A stretch of 64,000 nucleotides of DNA from Octopus sinensis (Eukaryota), in NCBI RefSeq assembly GCF_006345805.1, contig NC_043003.1, forward strand, positions 68,138,001-68,202,000, given 5' to 3'. Below the pieces are notes generated by a model that saw only the letters and a list, made by a program, of their open reading frames with translations, had not been told where the DNA came from and did no database searches. Both the position numbers and the translations under genes were made by a program. This document shows, piece by piece, positions 8,327 through 21,854 of the stretch (its first letter is position 1; each line of letters begins with the position of its first letter).

Positions 8327-10790
8327 ATGGAGAACTTATTAGCTGCTGTAATACAGCTTCAAGAGAAGCAAGAGGAACAACTACAGCAGTTGAAGAAGCC
8401 AATATTACAACAACAGTTAATTGATTTACCGTCAATGAAGTCCGAAAATTCAGTAAGTTCGTTTACGCCAGACACCGTGGCGAACTCGATTTCTGAATTC
8501 ACTTATAATCTGGAGGAGAGTTTTACGCTTCCTGCGAACTATAGAAAGTATGAGGACATTTTTAACAAATATTACAAGTCATGGTCGGATGAGGAGAAAG
8601 TGTAGTTATTACTACGCAAGGTAAATAAGGCACAGCATGAACGCTTCCGTAACTGTATATTGTCCAAGAAACTATTCAATTACTATCAAAGAACTTTTGT
8701 GACAAAGTTCGTATTTAACACTCCAGTGGTGTGTTTGAACTAAGCAAAAAATGACGATGATGACTTTATTCAATACACCGGAGAAGTAGTCAACCGTTAT
8801 GTGTGAAAACTTTAAACTTCAGGAACTCACTCAGGATATGTTTAAATCTCTTATCTTCGTAGCTCTCACGGCAACCGAAGATAGAGGGATTCAGGCAAGA
8901 ATTCTCTCAAAAATGAAGAAAGCGAACCAAGACTTAACTATATAGATCATTGCAGAAGAATGACAAGCAATGGTAATCTTGAAGCATGACGTGAAATGAA
9001 TTCAAGAGAAAGATTCCGCAAAAATACAGATGTGTCGACCCGGAAAATAAAACCAAGAAAGAGTGTTAGTTCTCAATCCATGTTATGGATATGGAGGCCT
9101 ACACTTCAAAAAAGAGTGTGTGTTTAAGAAAAAACCAAAATACTATAGTTACCAGAAACTTGTTCACAAGGGTTCACAGTGCAGGATAAGATTACGAGGG
9201 TCGAATGCAAAAAGTTCTGAGGTGCTTTCAGCTGAAAGTGAATGCGACACAAAAGCAAGAAAATTCGCACATGTGGTGTAAACATTAAACTACAGTTCGA
9301 TACGGGTAGTGATAATTCAAACATAAATGCGGATACATGGAGAAAAATCGGGAAATTGATATTACGTAAAACAGCGAAAATTGCACGTGGCGTGACAGGC
9401 GATGAATTACATTTTATGGGCGAAATGTGTACATGTCACATTTCGGGGAGAAACACGCGAAGCAAAAATATTCATTGTGGCGGATAAAATCAATCTGTTT
9501 GATACAGATTGGTTTGAATTATTTGACTCATGGCATCCGCCCATAAGTCATTACTGCAAAAAAATAAATGGTTGCCCCGGTAAAGATAAATTGTCTGGGG
9601 AATTGAAAAAAAAATTGAAAAAGATGTTTCCTAAATTACTATCGGAGAACTTAGGTCTATGTTAAAATACGGAAGCCTGCTTTCACGTAAGTGAAAACAT
9701 GATTGTATTTAAAGCTAACAGAGAAGTACCGTTCGCAGCAAGCCGAAATCATAAATGAAACGTTGAACAAATTAGAAAAGAGTAGAATCATCAAAAATGT
9801 GGATTAGTCTAAGCGAGCGGCGTCCACGGTGTGCATTAAAACGAAAAATAATAATAGGCTGTGTAGCGATTTCTCTACAGGACTGAACGACTGTTTAAAG
9901 ACATGCCACCATGCATTCCCAACTCCGGAGGACATTTTCGCAAAATTAAATGGTAGGAAACTTCTCTCCAAATGGGATCTGTCTGATGTTTATTTACAGA
10001 TTAAAGTGAACGACAAATGCTCAAAGTATCTGACAATAAGTACACATAGAGAGTTGTGCAGATATAGCCATTTCCATTTTGGTTTAATGGTTGCACCGGC
10101 AATATTTCAGCAAATCATGGACACTATGTTATCTCATTGTGAATTTGCAATCCCTTATTTAGACGAAATATTGATTAAGATTAATTCATTTTGAGTGAAG
10201 AAGAATGCGAATCATTTTGCCTCAAATTAAGTAGTTAGGGCAAATAATTGATAACAATGGTAGACGGCCTGACCCGTCGAGGGCAGATATAATAAAGAAT
10301 ATGCCTTCTCCGACAAATATACCAACATTACAAGCGTTTCCTTCGCTGGCAAATTACTACCAAAACTACATTCCCAACATGCAACTTAAGAACTTCATTG
10401 AATGACTTATTAAAAAGGGAAGTAACGTGGAATTGGTCGGGGAAACGCCAATGTGCGTTCGAAGAAAAGAAAAAAATTCTAATCGCTGATTTGTCTGTAG
10501 CGCATTTCGATCCTGAAATGGATATTGTTTTAGCGTATCCTGCTTCGGAGCACAGAATAGGGAAATACGAAACCAGTGATTCATATTCCGCGCTCACTGA
10601 TAGGTGCAGAGAAAAAAACAGTCCTGACGTTCTTGTGCGCTACTGGTAGGATTTTACCCAGTACAACATGTTGCGTGCCCCGAGAGATCGAGAAATTTGT
10701 AAATGCTGGTAGAGATTGTGCGCTCGGCAGCCAAAGTGCCACCAGTAAAATAATTATCATGTCCCATGAAAGGGCCGATATTGTGTAAAA
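8327..10790 (+). pseudogene. gag-pol relic (gag, zinc knuckle, aspartic protease, RT, start of RNase H)
   Basis: PCYGYGGLHFKKEC, QFDTGSD, DLSDVYLQI, FGLMVAPAIFQQIMD, YLDE (for YLDD); many stops and frameshifts. Confidence 0.88.
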
Positions 10791-10875
10791 ATTCAAATTC
10801 CTAATCTAAAATTCCAAGCCGAACAACTTGAAATAAGGCCCCAGCGAAAAAAGATACCAATAGTAATGATAATAA

Positions 10876-10909
<34 letters not shown>

Positions 10910-10913
<4 letters not shown>

Positions 10914-11220
10914 TCAGAAATAGAAATAGAACATTTAAAAGAAAAAATACACCAGGAAAATAAAACAGAAACAATTCCTATCATAGTAGGTGCATTAGGC
11001 ATGATAAAAAAATATTCAGACAAATACATAACAAAAACACCAGGACTTACAAACACATATAACATACAGAAAATTGCACTACTAGGCACTGCACACATCC
11101 TACGCAGAACACTTTCCATACAATAACCATCAGAGCATCACAACAAATCACAGCACATACCCAAGGCACACAGAGCTGCGCTCGGTAGTGAAGTGAAAGC
11201 ACGCTATAAAAATAAAACTA

Positions 11221-11223
<3 letters not shown>
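10910..11223 (+). mobile_element. R4/Dong-like LINE family A, short 3' end inserted in the Gypsy interior
   Basis: KTETIPIIVGALGMIKK...LLGTAHILRRTLSIQ* plus 3' UTR. Differs from the reverse complement of 43348-43605 at about 2 positions. (AAT)n on both sides. Confidence 0.9.
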
Positions 11224-11297
<74 letters not shown>

Positions 11298-11365
11298 TGA
11301 TGATGAATAAATAAATAAATGAAATTTCCTAATTCCTTCGGAATTTGAGATCTCAAAAGGGGTGA

Positions 11366-11666
11366 TGTTGTGGCGAGAGTACGACACCCTGTGACAAGAA
11401 CAGACTGGACCACTGCATATGAATAGTACGGGTCTAATGTAGTCGGCATTTCGTATTTTCGTCTTCGAAGACTAGGTACAGTTTACAGTTGGAGTTAGTG
11501 CGTTGGAATTATTGATTGTTGGTTTGTAAGAGATAGTTGGTTCGTTGCTTGTTTGCTACTGCCGCTGTTTCTATTTTGCATTGATATAACACTGTTACAG
11601 CGTTTTCCTTATTTATCGTCGACAATATCAACCGCACTACGATACTGGAGGTGTAAGGATATAACA
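11366..11666 (+). repeat. 3' LTR
   Basis: TGTTGTGGCGAGAG...GGATATAACA (TG...CA termini). Confidence 0.9.
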
Positions 11667-11708
11667 GTACTCCGGTGTCACTTTCGTGGTATGCATTGCT
11701 CTCTCACC

Positions 11709-11750
<42 letters not shown>

Positions 11751-11824
11751 TAATAATAATAATAATAATAACAATAATAATAACAACACTAATAATAATA
11801 ACAATAAAAATAATAATAATAATA

Positions 11825-11874
<50 letters not shown>

Positions 11875-12396
11875 CATAATGTATGAAGATATTATTCCAA
11901 AATTAGAAATGATCTTTATGCAACAGACTGCAGATTGTTTTATTTACAACACAAGAATAATAAAACTTGAAATAAGTACAGGAATATAGTAAATCAAAAA
12001 TTTAACAACACTATTCTCCCTTCTTTCGTATTCGATAGAAGAAAATGAAAATAGATTAGGCAGTTTCATGTGTCCTAAACAAGAAATAAGAATGTAAGCG
12101 AAAACTTAATCAATAATCTTCGCGTCTGCAATAGAAAATATTCACTTCAGGTTAAGAAGAAAATTATGATTTAGTGCCCGAAGAAAAAGGGTGAGAAATT
12201 ACGAAGCAGAGACTTGGTTACGAAACGTTACGCAAAATGTTGAATGTTATTAAAGCAACGCTGTGCACTAACACATTCCCACACTTACACACACGCATAC
12301 ATACATACATATATACATACATACATACATACATACATACATACAAACATACATATTTACCTATATACACACATATATGCATATATATTTATATAT

Positions 12397-12443
<47 letters not shown>

Positions 12444-12572
12444 TGAGAAAGTTGGTGTGTGAATATATATATATATATTATATATATATATATATATATA
12501 ATATATATATTACACAGAATGAGATAATAAATCCAAGGCTGTGGGGAGATCTCAGGACATTTACATTGATAC

Positions 12573-12622
12573 AATCTTACAGCTGTTTCTGGGATATTGT
12601 GGATATCACTTCATGAGAGACT
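12573..12622 (-). ncRNA. Degenerate hammerhead-like motif (G5 to C)
   Basis: Minus strand TCT CTCATGA A GTGATAT CCACA ATATCCCA GAAAC AGCT GTA AGA; palindromic stem III ACAGCTGT. Confidence 0.4.
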
Positions 12623-12633
12623 TGTAACTATAG

Positions 12634-12674
<41 letters not shown>

Positions 12675-12849
12675 ATCTATACGCACGCGTATTCGTACAG
12701 AAATTCGTACATATACATATACATAAACATAAACACATGTACATTCACACGGATATGCAAACAGCAATATATATACAGATACACACATTTTCACGGACCG
12801 AAATAAGAAAAAAAACATACAATAATTCAAAGAAGTTAAAATTTTATAT

Positions 12850-13520
12850 AACTAAAATATGAAAGTTCTTATCACGTTTGATGCAGGATACGCTACGACA
12901 CTGTTTGATGAGATAGTTTTAAAATTATTTTCGGAAAATTTTATATACCCCTGTGAGCATATTGCCAGGATATCTAATGTTCAGGAAAGCGAGAGTCAGA
13001 TACTTTTTAATCTAAATCTTTAGCTGGGGTTTTCAAATTGTAAACTTAATTGATTTCGTTGTCAGCCAGTTTTGAAGAGAAGTTCTTACCACTAGAGTTC
13101 CGTAAATTTATCACTTAGATGTTTGTTGGAAATATGAATTTTGTTTCCTCTTTGTTGTTTATTAAGGTTTCTCCTGAGGTCAAATTTTGTGTCGCCTTGA
13201 AGAAATTATCCTCCCTCAAACATTGCTGGGGTTATTTTCTCGTTTTCTCGTCCATATGTGATTTGTGAAATTTCAACTGTAATTATTATTTCTCCTTTAT
13301 GGAACGAAGATGTTTCAAAATATGTCGATACTACTGAGACACCGAAATTCTTGCTATTCATTTCATCATTATCGTTTTCCGTCTTTTTCTTCCCAATTCT
13401 TCTGGAGGTTCAGTATTAGCCACATCAGATGGCGCAAACCGGACTCAGTTATTGATATTATGCCGTTCGTATCGGGGTCACTAACTTGTCACATCTCAGA
13501 GGAATTCTGATGATTTTAGA
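12850..13520 (-). mobile_element. Probable Penelope-like RT remnant
   Basis: Broken motifs LSPVCAI (cf. LSPVLANI), SIKFTI*K and AFLNI...TGVYK (cf. PFLD...VYRK). Confidence 0.4.
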
Positions 13521-14534
13521 ACTTCTAAATACTTTTTCACTCACCCGCATCGCATAACTTAGCCCTACTCTATCCCCTAACACTTAAGAGATAAAATGTG
13601 ACTACTGGCCTTGGGTGTACATTATTTCCTATGTCTCTTATTATGAATATATGTTTCTTTGACCACATACTGGTTGTGGTGGGGCACTTGCTCATCCAGA
13701 GATATTTATAGCAAGTTCACTTTGTTTTGATTTCCTCTTCTGTTTTAAAAAAAAGATAACTGAAATTGCTATAAGCTTTGATTTTTTCACATTGAAAGCT
13801 TTCTCCAAATCGATTAATATCTGTTTATTGTCACTGTCTCTAGGGCATAAAAAAACTATCTTGCGTTTTAATAGATCATAGCATTAATTGAAATTTTCAT
13901 GGGAATCTAGAGCATTCATACTTCTAATTTAGACTAAGACGCATGCTTCTAAACACGAAGTACTATTTTGCACTATTGTGAATGAATTTCATTCCTACCT
14001 GTCAAAGTATATTACAGTGTCTAGTACCAAATCTCGAGACATTAGGCATAAAACATTTCTATTTATTCAAAAAATTGCATATTGTTTTAAATATGAAAAA
14101 AAATTACACACAACGTTAAACAAGTTGAACTCATTAAAACCGGATCCAGTTCACAGAAATATGACTTTCTTATCTATAATACTAATACATCAAATAAAAA
14201 AAACTTTTAGTCGTAAAACACAAGAACGTATACACTAAAACATAGAATTCCGTTTTTTCATTACTTCTTCCCAACCACCACACTAATGTTATTTAAAGGT
14301 TATATATGTAAAGCTCACATTAAGTATACTTATACTGATATATTTTCAGTTGAACTATAATTCAAATACATTTATTCTGTGAAAATATTTATTTGTATTT
14401 TCCATGCCTTTAAGCACAGGATAAAACAATTTTTCACGTATGTTAAAGTTAAATTTTTTAAAAATTAAAATATAGATGTATACAAAAAACATTAACGCAT
14501 TTTCAACCGTATCTCAGAATTTCACACACACAGG

Positions 14535-14597
<63 letters not shown>

Positions 14598-14782
14598 ATG
14601 CACACACACTGGGGTAAGTAGCAGGTTTATAAAATAAGGGATGACTCTGTGTACTCGCTGCCAACTCACCAGTGCTGCAAGAATTTAACTGCTATAAACT
14701 AAAAATATAATACATATGTATTTGTACCAATCCATAGGGATGTGCACGTTAACATACAAATATATATATATATATATATAGG

Positions 14783-14816
<34 letters not shown>

Positions 14817-14857
14817 CAGATAGATAGATCGATAGATAGATAGACAGATAGATAGAC

Positions 14858-14913
<56 letters not shown>

Positions 14914-16391
14914 CGATAGATAGATAGATAGATGGATAGATGCGTAAAATTTTGGAATTGTAGCATTCTCATAAATAAATATTTTAATGAAACAATATTT
15001 AAAGTAATGTTAATGATATCACTGTCATGTTTTCAAATCAAATGGTTGAAAGCTTATATTATGATCCCATATCTATAGCCGTAATGCAAATTTTATATCT
15101 TGTTTGTTGAAGACTTGTAATAGAATAGGATGAATATACAATATGACAAAATTGCAGGCATTTCACTGGTTTCAGATGAGGCTGTGTATAATGGTTGCAC
15201 GAATCCAGTAGAATGTTTCAATATCATTTCACTGAGAGTACGTGCATAACCCATGCCATTCGATTGGACAAATTTTTCATATCACTGCCCGATAAATTAA
15301 TCATAAATAACCAGATGCTGGATATGTTTATACGGGATATATTTAATAGAAGATAGCGTATACACCGCGAAATAAGGTTTCTAATTTGATCATCGTAGTT
15401 AATCAAACCATCATTGCTATTCGTGAAGTGTGGTTTCACATAGAAGCAGCACCTGCCATTTACACTACCTTCAAAAGAATTTCACACTAGTTTTTCGTTA
15501 TTTTAGACAAACTGAACAAACATTAAAAAATAACGTACGACTCGTGTTGCACTCAATAACGGTTACACACAAGAGTGCAACATTCATCAGATGTTGTAAA
15601 AACATATATTATTAGCGAGCCCATTCTGCAGCAATATATATTGACACAGAATAACACATTTACATACGTACCTTAACATCTTTCTAACTCACGTCTCTTT
15701 CTCTAAATAGTACATGTATTTACTTTTAGTATCTCACTCCTTTTTGACCCTGAGTAATGGCTAAATCCACCCAGGACCATCACATACATGTTTCTTCCCA
15801 ACAGGAAATTAAGGACCTGTCATCGACCATAAGACAATAAATCAGAATAGACTGGACTCGATGTTAAACACTTAAGAAGCATAATCAAAATCGAGCAGAC
15901 TGAATGAACAGAAAAGGTTGTGTTTGTTGTATATATATAAATATGTGTGTATGTATGTATGTATGTATGTATGTATGTATGTATGTATGTATGTATGTAT
16001 GTATGTATGTATGTATGTATGTATGTATGTGTGTGTGTGTGCGTGTTTGAGTGTATATGTGTGTGCACGTGTGTGTGTGTTTGAGTGTGTGCGCATATGT
16101 GTATGAATGTGTCCATCAGCGTTGAGAAAAATACACAGACGTGCAGTCATATGGAAGACTTTTGCGCACAATCCGTTCTGAAATATCCTGTCTCTACGAA
16201 TGCATTCTTGGGATAATGTGATCCTTGTATATACTATGTGTACGAACACGTTGGAATATATACGATGTGGTCGGAATGTAGGACCTATGCGTTTCAGTGT
16301 GGTTGCGCATCGTAAGCTAGAGGTATCAATCCCTCCTTATGAGCCCTGTAAGAACAATACTTGTTACACTTAAGGACAACACATACGTTTA

Positions 16392-16426
<35 letters not shown>

Positions 16427-16484
16427 ATATATATATATCGATTTCTTGTGAATTAAATGCATGAAGGTATATCTATTTCTCACG

Positions 16485-16800
16485 TGGTAATTAGCTTGCT
16501 TACCAACCACATAGTTTCGAGTCCAGTCCCACTGCGTGGCACCTTGGGCAGGTGTCTTCTACTATAGCCTAGGGCCGACCAAAGCCTTGTGAGTGGATTT
16601 GGTAGATGGAATATATATATATATGTATGTGTGTGTATGTTTATGTGTCTGTGCTTGTCCCCCCAGTATTGCTTGACAACCGATGCTAGTGTGTTTACGA
16701 CCGATAGAATACGTACTAGGCTCATTTTCTAGACTAGAGGCGGTGCTCCAGTATGGCCACAGTCACATGACTGAAACAAGTAAAAGAGTAAAGAGTAAGA
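16485..16800 (+). mobile_element. SINE family C
   Basis: tRNA-like head, GTGGCACCTTGGGCAGG, internal (TA/TG)n, tail ending GAAACAAGTAAAAGAGTAAAGAGTAAGAG. Confidence 0.85.
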
Positions 16801-17416
16801 GAGTTTCCAGAATAGAAAACGGGAATATGTCTTTATTTCAAACACTACAAACTAAGGGTTAATTATATAAAAGTCATTGCTTCCTACGTCTGTCTAGTTA
16901 CTGTTGATTTAACGACTATTTAACAAGATGTAGACGGCAACGGTTTGTTAAATTTATTAGTCGTAGCAACAAGAAAAACACAATTTAAGACAATTGATTT
17001 CATGAACCGCAGTATCTTTTGTCTAATAATTATAAGTCTCGAAAAGATTCTATTTTTTACTTAACTGAAAGAAACTTTATTATTTTTCCTTTGTATTCTA
17101 TGAAAGAAGACTGATGGCCTTAACTGAAATCTCATCTGTTTAAGGAAATAAAAATCGTATCCTTTTCGAGGAAATACGCAATGACGTAGCCCACAAACGC
17201 AATATAGTCTTTCGTGTTTCATTACATATTGATTTCTTTCAACAATAGTGCACTTGGTCACAGGGATTTAAAGAGGAAAATCATTGCTTCAATGCATCAT
17301 TTGATATTTTGCGTGAGATTATAACTGGAACAGGATAACTATCTTTAGCCTTATTTCTTTCGAATTTCCTGTTGATAAATTCTCACGACGACATTTGCAC
17401 ATTTAATATGTGACAG

Positions 17417-17467
<51 letters not shown>

Positions 17468-17605
17468 AATTATAATTTGGGGTCTATTTCTAGGCAGATG
17501 GAGTTTTAATCATTCACCACCCTTATTATAATTATAATATAAATTAACCATTATGGTACTTTTAGTATGTTGGCCACTGATAAATCATTAAATAATTACT
17601 TTATC

Positions 17606-17636
<31 letters not shown>

Positions 17637-18596
17637 TACAGAAAAAGAGACTGAGGGGACGAGGGATAGTAAGAGAGCAACACACACACACGTAGATATA
17701 TATACTTAAATACGCGCACATATATATGCGTTTGTGTGTGTGCATGTGTGTATGTGTGTGCATATGTATATTCACTTACCTATGCGCGCGCGTTAATTGT
17801 GGTGGTTTTTCTCATATGATTTCCGCTCACACTATTGACCTACGTGTTTCCTTCCTGCAATTTGCTGTGCATTATCGTCTAAAATGTTCCTCTCTTCATT
17901 AGATACATATTATCTTTAATTTCTAGGTTTCTGTCGACCCCGTTGAATCCCTTATAAGATGATTGTTTCGAAGTGGGGCTGGTTTTATTCCCAACGCCTT
18001 GACTAGGCCTATAAATCGAAAATGAATTTTGTAAAAAGAATTCTCGTAGAGCAGTTACATTCGAGTGTGAGAAACAAAATCTCAAAGGTCTTCAATATTC
18101 CGATGTTTTTAATAGTTATGGTACTGCTTACAGCAAAATATTTGTAATCGTGTGATTAGTATCATATGGTTTGAAGAAGCGTGTATTTTACTCAATGAAC
18201 TATGCGTGATGCGCTGCTGTAAATTACAGTTTATTCCTTATAGAGCAAACGAGAAAAATAAACTTGAGAAACAGAATAGTACCAATTCAAAAGTTTAACA
18301 GAGAGCATTTATTGTTTCCTGAAAACAACAATGAATCACAACTATAGCAACTATAGAATCAAGTTTAAGCAAGTTTCTCCTACATCTTACGTTGCACGAC
18401 TTTTGTACCAAAAGGGATATGCCCCAATAAAAAAAGGTTGAACTTTGTAGCAGACAGTTAGAAAAGAATATGTATTAAACATGATAATTAATGGTTGCAT
18501 CCTATGGACGTTGACACACATTATATTTATAAATATATATACACCTGCTCCATCCACAAGTTATTTTAATTCTCTTTCTGTATATTTTGTCTTATT

Positions 18597-18635
18597 CCTT
18601 TCTGTTGAAGAGCGTAGGCTCGAAACGTAAAAGAC
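18597..18635 (+). ncRNA. Minimal hammerhead-like motif in a Penelope-terminal-repeat-like segment
   Basis: CTTT CTGTTGA A GAGC GTAG GCTC GAAAC GTA AAAG. Stems I and II are perfect; A6 is U. Confidence 0.55.
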
Positions 18636-18740
18636 TTTTTCACTTCCCCGAGCATCAAATTAATACACCTGCTTCTTGTTCATACACCCATCTTCGTCTT
18701 TTGTTTTTCTGTAAATTTCAACTATATCTATATCTATATA

Positions 18741-18829
<89 letters not shown>

Positions 18830-20229
18830 GTATATATATATCAGAGGCGACTCCATGTCACTCGAGGCCATCACAGACTTCGCATAAGACACATGTAACA
18901 AAAGAAGGTACGAGACATAATGCTCACCCCAGACTTATATGTGCACGGATAATTTAACATTGCGACAGACATATACTTTTAATAAGTCTTTCTCCATTTC
19001 TAAGTTAAGAGTAAAAAATATAGCAACCCTGCAAAACACAACTGTCCTTTACACACAGACGCACAGGAATCAAATAACGACACTGGAGTGCCCAACACAC
19101 ATCATGATCTGACTGTCGCCTGTACTCTTGACAAGAGATACTAGTTATTAGCTGAAAATACATACTCGAAATCAGTGTCGGCAGAAAATATATCAGCTTG
19201 CAAATACACACGTTCACATTTCTAAATATTATAAATAAAAATTTCAATTAAAATCTGTGTTATCGATATGATGGGGCTTTTTATCTCTTGAGAAAAACTG
19301 ACTGAGACAACCGATGGGATTACGTCTTCTCGCCTTCAATACGCTGATTATGAGGCTATCGGAGAATCCACTCATGAAAAATCTAAATGATCTCTCAGCT
19401 AAGTTATTTAATGTCTACTCTTATATTGAAATTGAAGTCGATCTACAACAGTCAAACATCGTATCGCGATTTACGTATGATATACACACCTTTACCAGTT
19501 TATGATGAAATTTATAACAAATTCGAACCAGAAAGCGTTATACCACTGCATCAAATACACGCCCAAGACATTCGCCTTGCGCATGTTGCTTCGAAATAAT
19601 TATGGTAAATGAATTTATGTTGTGATTAATCAAGCTATGGACACAGCACGTGGTTTACAGATTGTTTGTATTGATACAATACTTCTGTAGATACTGTTGA
19701 GAAATATGGTAGGTTTATCGTAAGGAATTTCAAAGAGAAAAATGCTTTCATCTGACAATACCCTGAACTATGATGTGCAGTAACTAGCAAGTCATAATTC
19801 CAATTACCGAAATTCTTAAAAGGAGAAGCCTTAAGAGACTTGAATGAAGCGTGTAATATCGCCACATGGGTTGATCATTTTAAAACCCTATCAACTCTTC
19901 AATTGACAAAGGCATTTATGACAAAGATTTTCAAGAGGTATCGCGACCATTATTACCTCTGGAGCTAGATACACTAAGTGAACATATTACAAGATCAGTT
20001 TCAGACGATCGTTTTCAATACTTAAACAAGCATTGCTGTTCGCATTCTAATGTTTTATTTTCTTCGAAGATTAAGTTAGTGGTTAAATTGGTTGAATTTT
20101 TCTTCTTTTAAAATGTATTTAGATTCCACACGTATCAGACACAGTATGCCGTATGAATTTGAAAAGTAGCTTTTCAATAATTGAAGACCCAAGGACAATT
20201 CGTCCTTTCTATGGAAATGAAGCTTTAAG

Positions 20230-20940
20230 TGTCTGGCTAACGAAACAGGCAAAACTTTCATAGGCAAAGCAATTTTCTTCCGTGAAATTCTGCCTCTCCC
20301 AGATATTTCTCGATATCGACGATCAAATTCTGTCAGTACTGAGTTCCTGAAAACCGTAGTTATGATAAAAACCCAAGCAAACAGCACGGGAATTTGCAAA
20401 ATAGAACAATTAAAATCACACTTCGAAAATGAAATACCTTAATGATCAAAGAAACGTGTCTAAATTTGGTCAGTATGCCCCTCATCATCAGACCATTTCT
20501 CAGCTTAATTAAAGTGTTGTTCTCTACTTCCGAGCCATTGCAGTGCAGAAATATCAAATGTGATGAAATGTGTTTTATATATAGTCATAGCCAACGAAAT
20601 CAACGATGTTAAGCACCCAATGAAAACGGAGAATCCGAAAATATACTTTCAGTTTGGTTGAATATGAAAGGTGTCATCCATCATAAATACTTAAAGCAAA
20701 ACGAAACAATTGTATAGAAGTATTGTAGTGAACTGGAAGTGTTGCTCAAGAACTGCAGGAAAAACGCCCATCATTGCTCAGTGGTTGGTGGCTGTGCCTC
20801 TTATACCATAATAAAGAGATTGTATATTGCCCCGTTCAGAAAAAGAGTGTGGCACTAAAAAATGGAAGTCATGCCTCATCTTACTTTCTCATTTTGATTT
20901 TCATGTATGTGTGTAACATGATTCCAGACCATTACACAAT
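20230..20940 (+). mobile_element. Mariner transposase relic
   Basis: KILSVWLNMKGVIHHKYLKQNETI-like segment at about 20640-20710; otherwise heavily decayed. Confidence 0.55.
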
Positions 20941-20959
20941 TATTTACAGGAAACTTAGT

Positions 20960-21160
20960 TTATACAGTTCTGTATATGAGGAATTATGTATATTATTTAC
21001 ATTATTTACGTTTGACGGATATTTGTCCTCATCTTATTTGTTCTTAACACAATGTTTCGGCTGATGAAGACTGGAGGGTATATCAACCGAAAATTTCAGT
21101 TAACAACAAACAAGATGAGGACAAATATCCGTCAAATGTAAATAATGTAAACAATGAAAC
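20960..21160. mobile_element. Two SINE-H tails in inverted arrangement
   Basis: About 70-nt arms GATGAGGACAAATATCCGTCAAA on opposite strands, joined at GGCTGA|TGAAG. Confidence 0.75.
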
Positions 21161-21184
21161 ATAGTTTATTATTATAGAGAGGCT

Positions 21185-21630
21185 AAAGGTGGGGAGCAGG
21201 CAGAATCGTTAACACCACGGACTAAATGCTTAGCGGCATTTCGTCCGTCTTTATACTTTGAGTTTAAATTCCTCCGAGGTCGACTTTGTCTTTCATCCTT
21301 TCGGGGTCGACAAAATAAGTGCGAGTTTCACATTAGGATTGATGTAACCAACTTATTCACCACGAAACCTGCTGGCCTTGTGCCAAAATTTGAAAACCTT
21401 ATTGCTAAGAGGTTAACGGCAGCCATTTTCACACCGGACAAAATGCTAAGGTGGATTTCTTTCAAATCTTTAGGTTGTGAGTTCAAATTTCACCGAGGTC
21501 GACATCACCTGTTATCCTTTCGTGGAAGATAAACGTGTTACTAGCTGAACAATTTATTCGATGGAGTCAATACTCATTTGCCCCCTCAACCCACTCCAAA
21601 AATCCAAGCCTTGATCCGATATTAGAAAGG
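21185..21630 (+). mobile_element. Two SINE family M copies in tandem
   Basis: Head and core repeated at about 21190 and 21415. Confidence 0.7.
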
Positions 21631-21854
21631 ATTATTATGAAAATGTTAAAAAGTATATTGAGGGATTCTTTTTTTTCGAAATATGAAGATTTTTAAACAC
21701 GATGTATGAACAATTTGCCAATTAGAATTATAGTGTTAATAATGAGAAGAAATATTATTAATTAATTTATCAATCTAGACCACAGAAGCATTTCCTTCCC
21801 GTTTCGAAATGCAACCCTATTTTCTCTCTAAAATAGTATTGACAATAAAGATGC

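Larger units (their letters stand above)
7953..11666 (+). mobile_element. Ty3/Gypsy LTR retrotransposon, decayed and internally deleted
   Basis: Two 301-bp LTRs. PBS-like TGACGACGAGGAT after the 5' LTR and PPT AAAAGGGGTGA before the 3' LTR. TSD-like GTATT/GTACT. gag-pol remnants inside. Confidence 0.92.

Noticed and set aside
15224-15480. Minus-strand open frame (NGRCCFYVKPHF...)
   Set aside because: No family recognised and no clear splice pair; would need BLAST or RNA-seq.
15805-15840. Possible terminal exon EIKDLSSTIRQ* after TTTCTTCCCAACAG
   Set aside because: Good acceptor only; too short to support.
17879-19600. Several short open frames in non-repetitive sequence (17879-18085, 19005-19247, 19314-19599)
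   Set aside because: No recognisable motifs and no consistent strand or frame.
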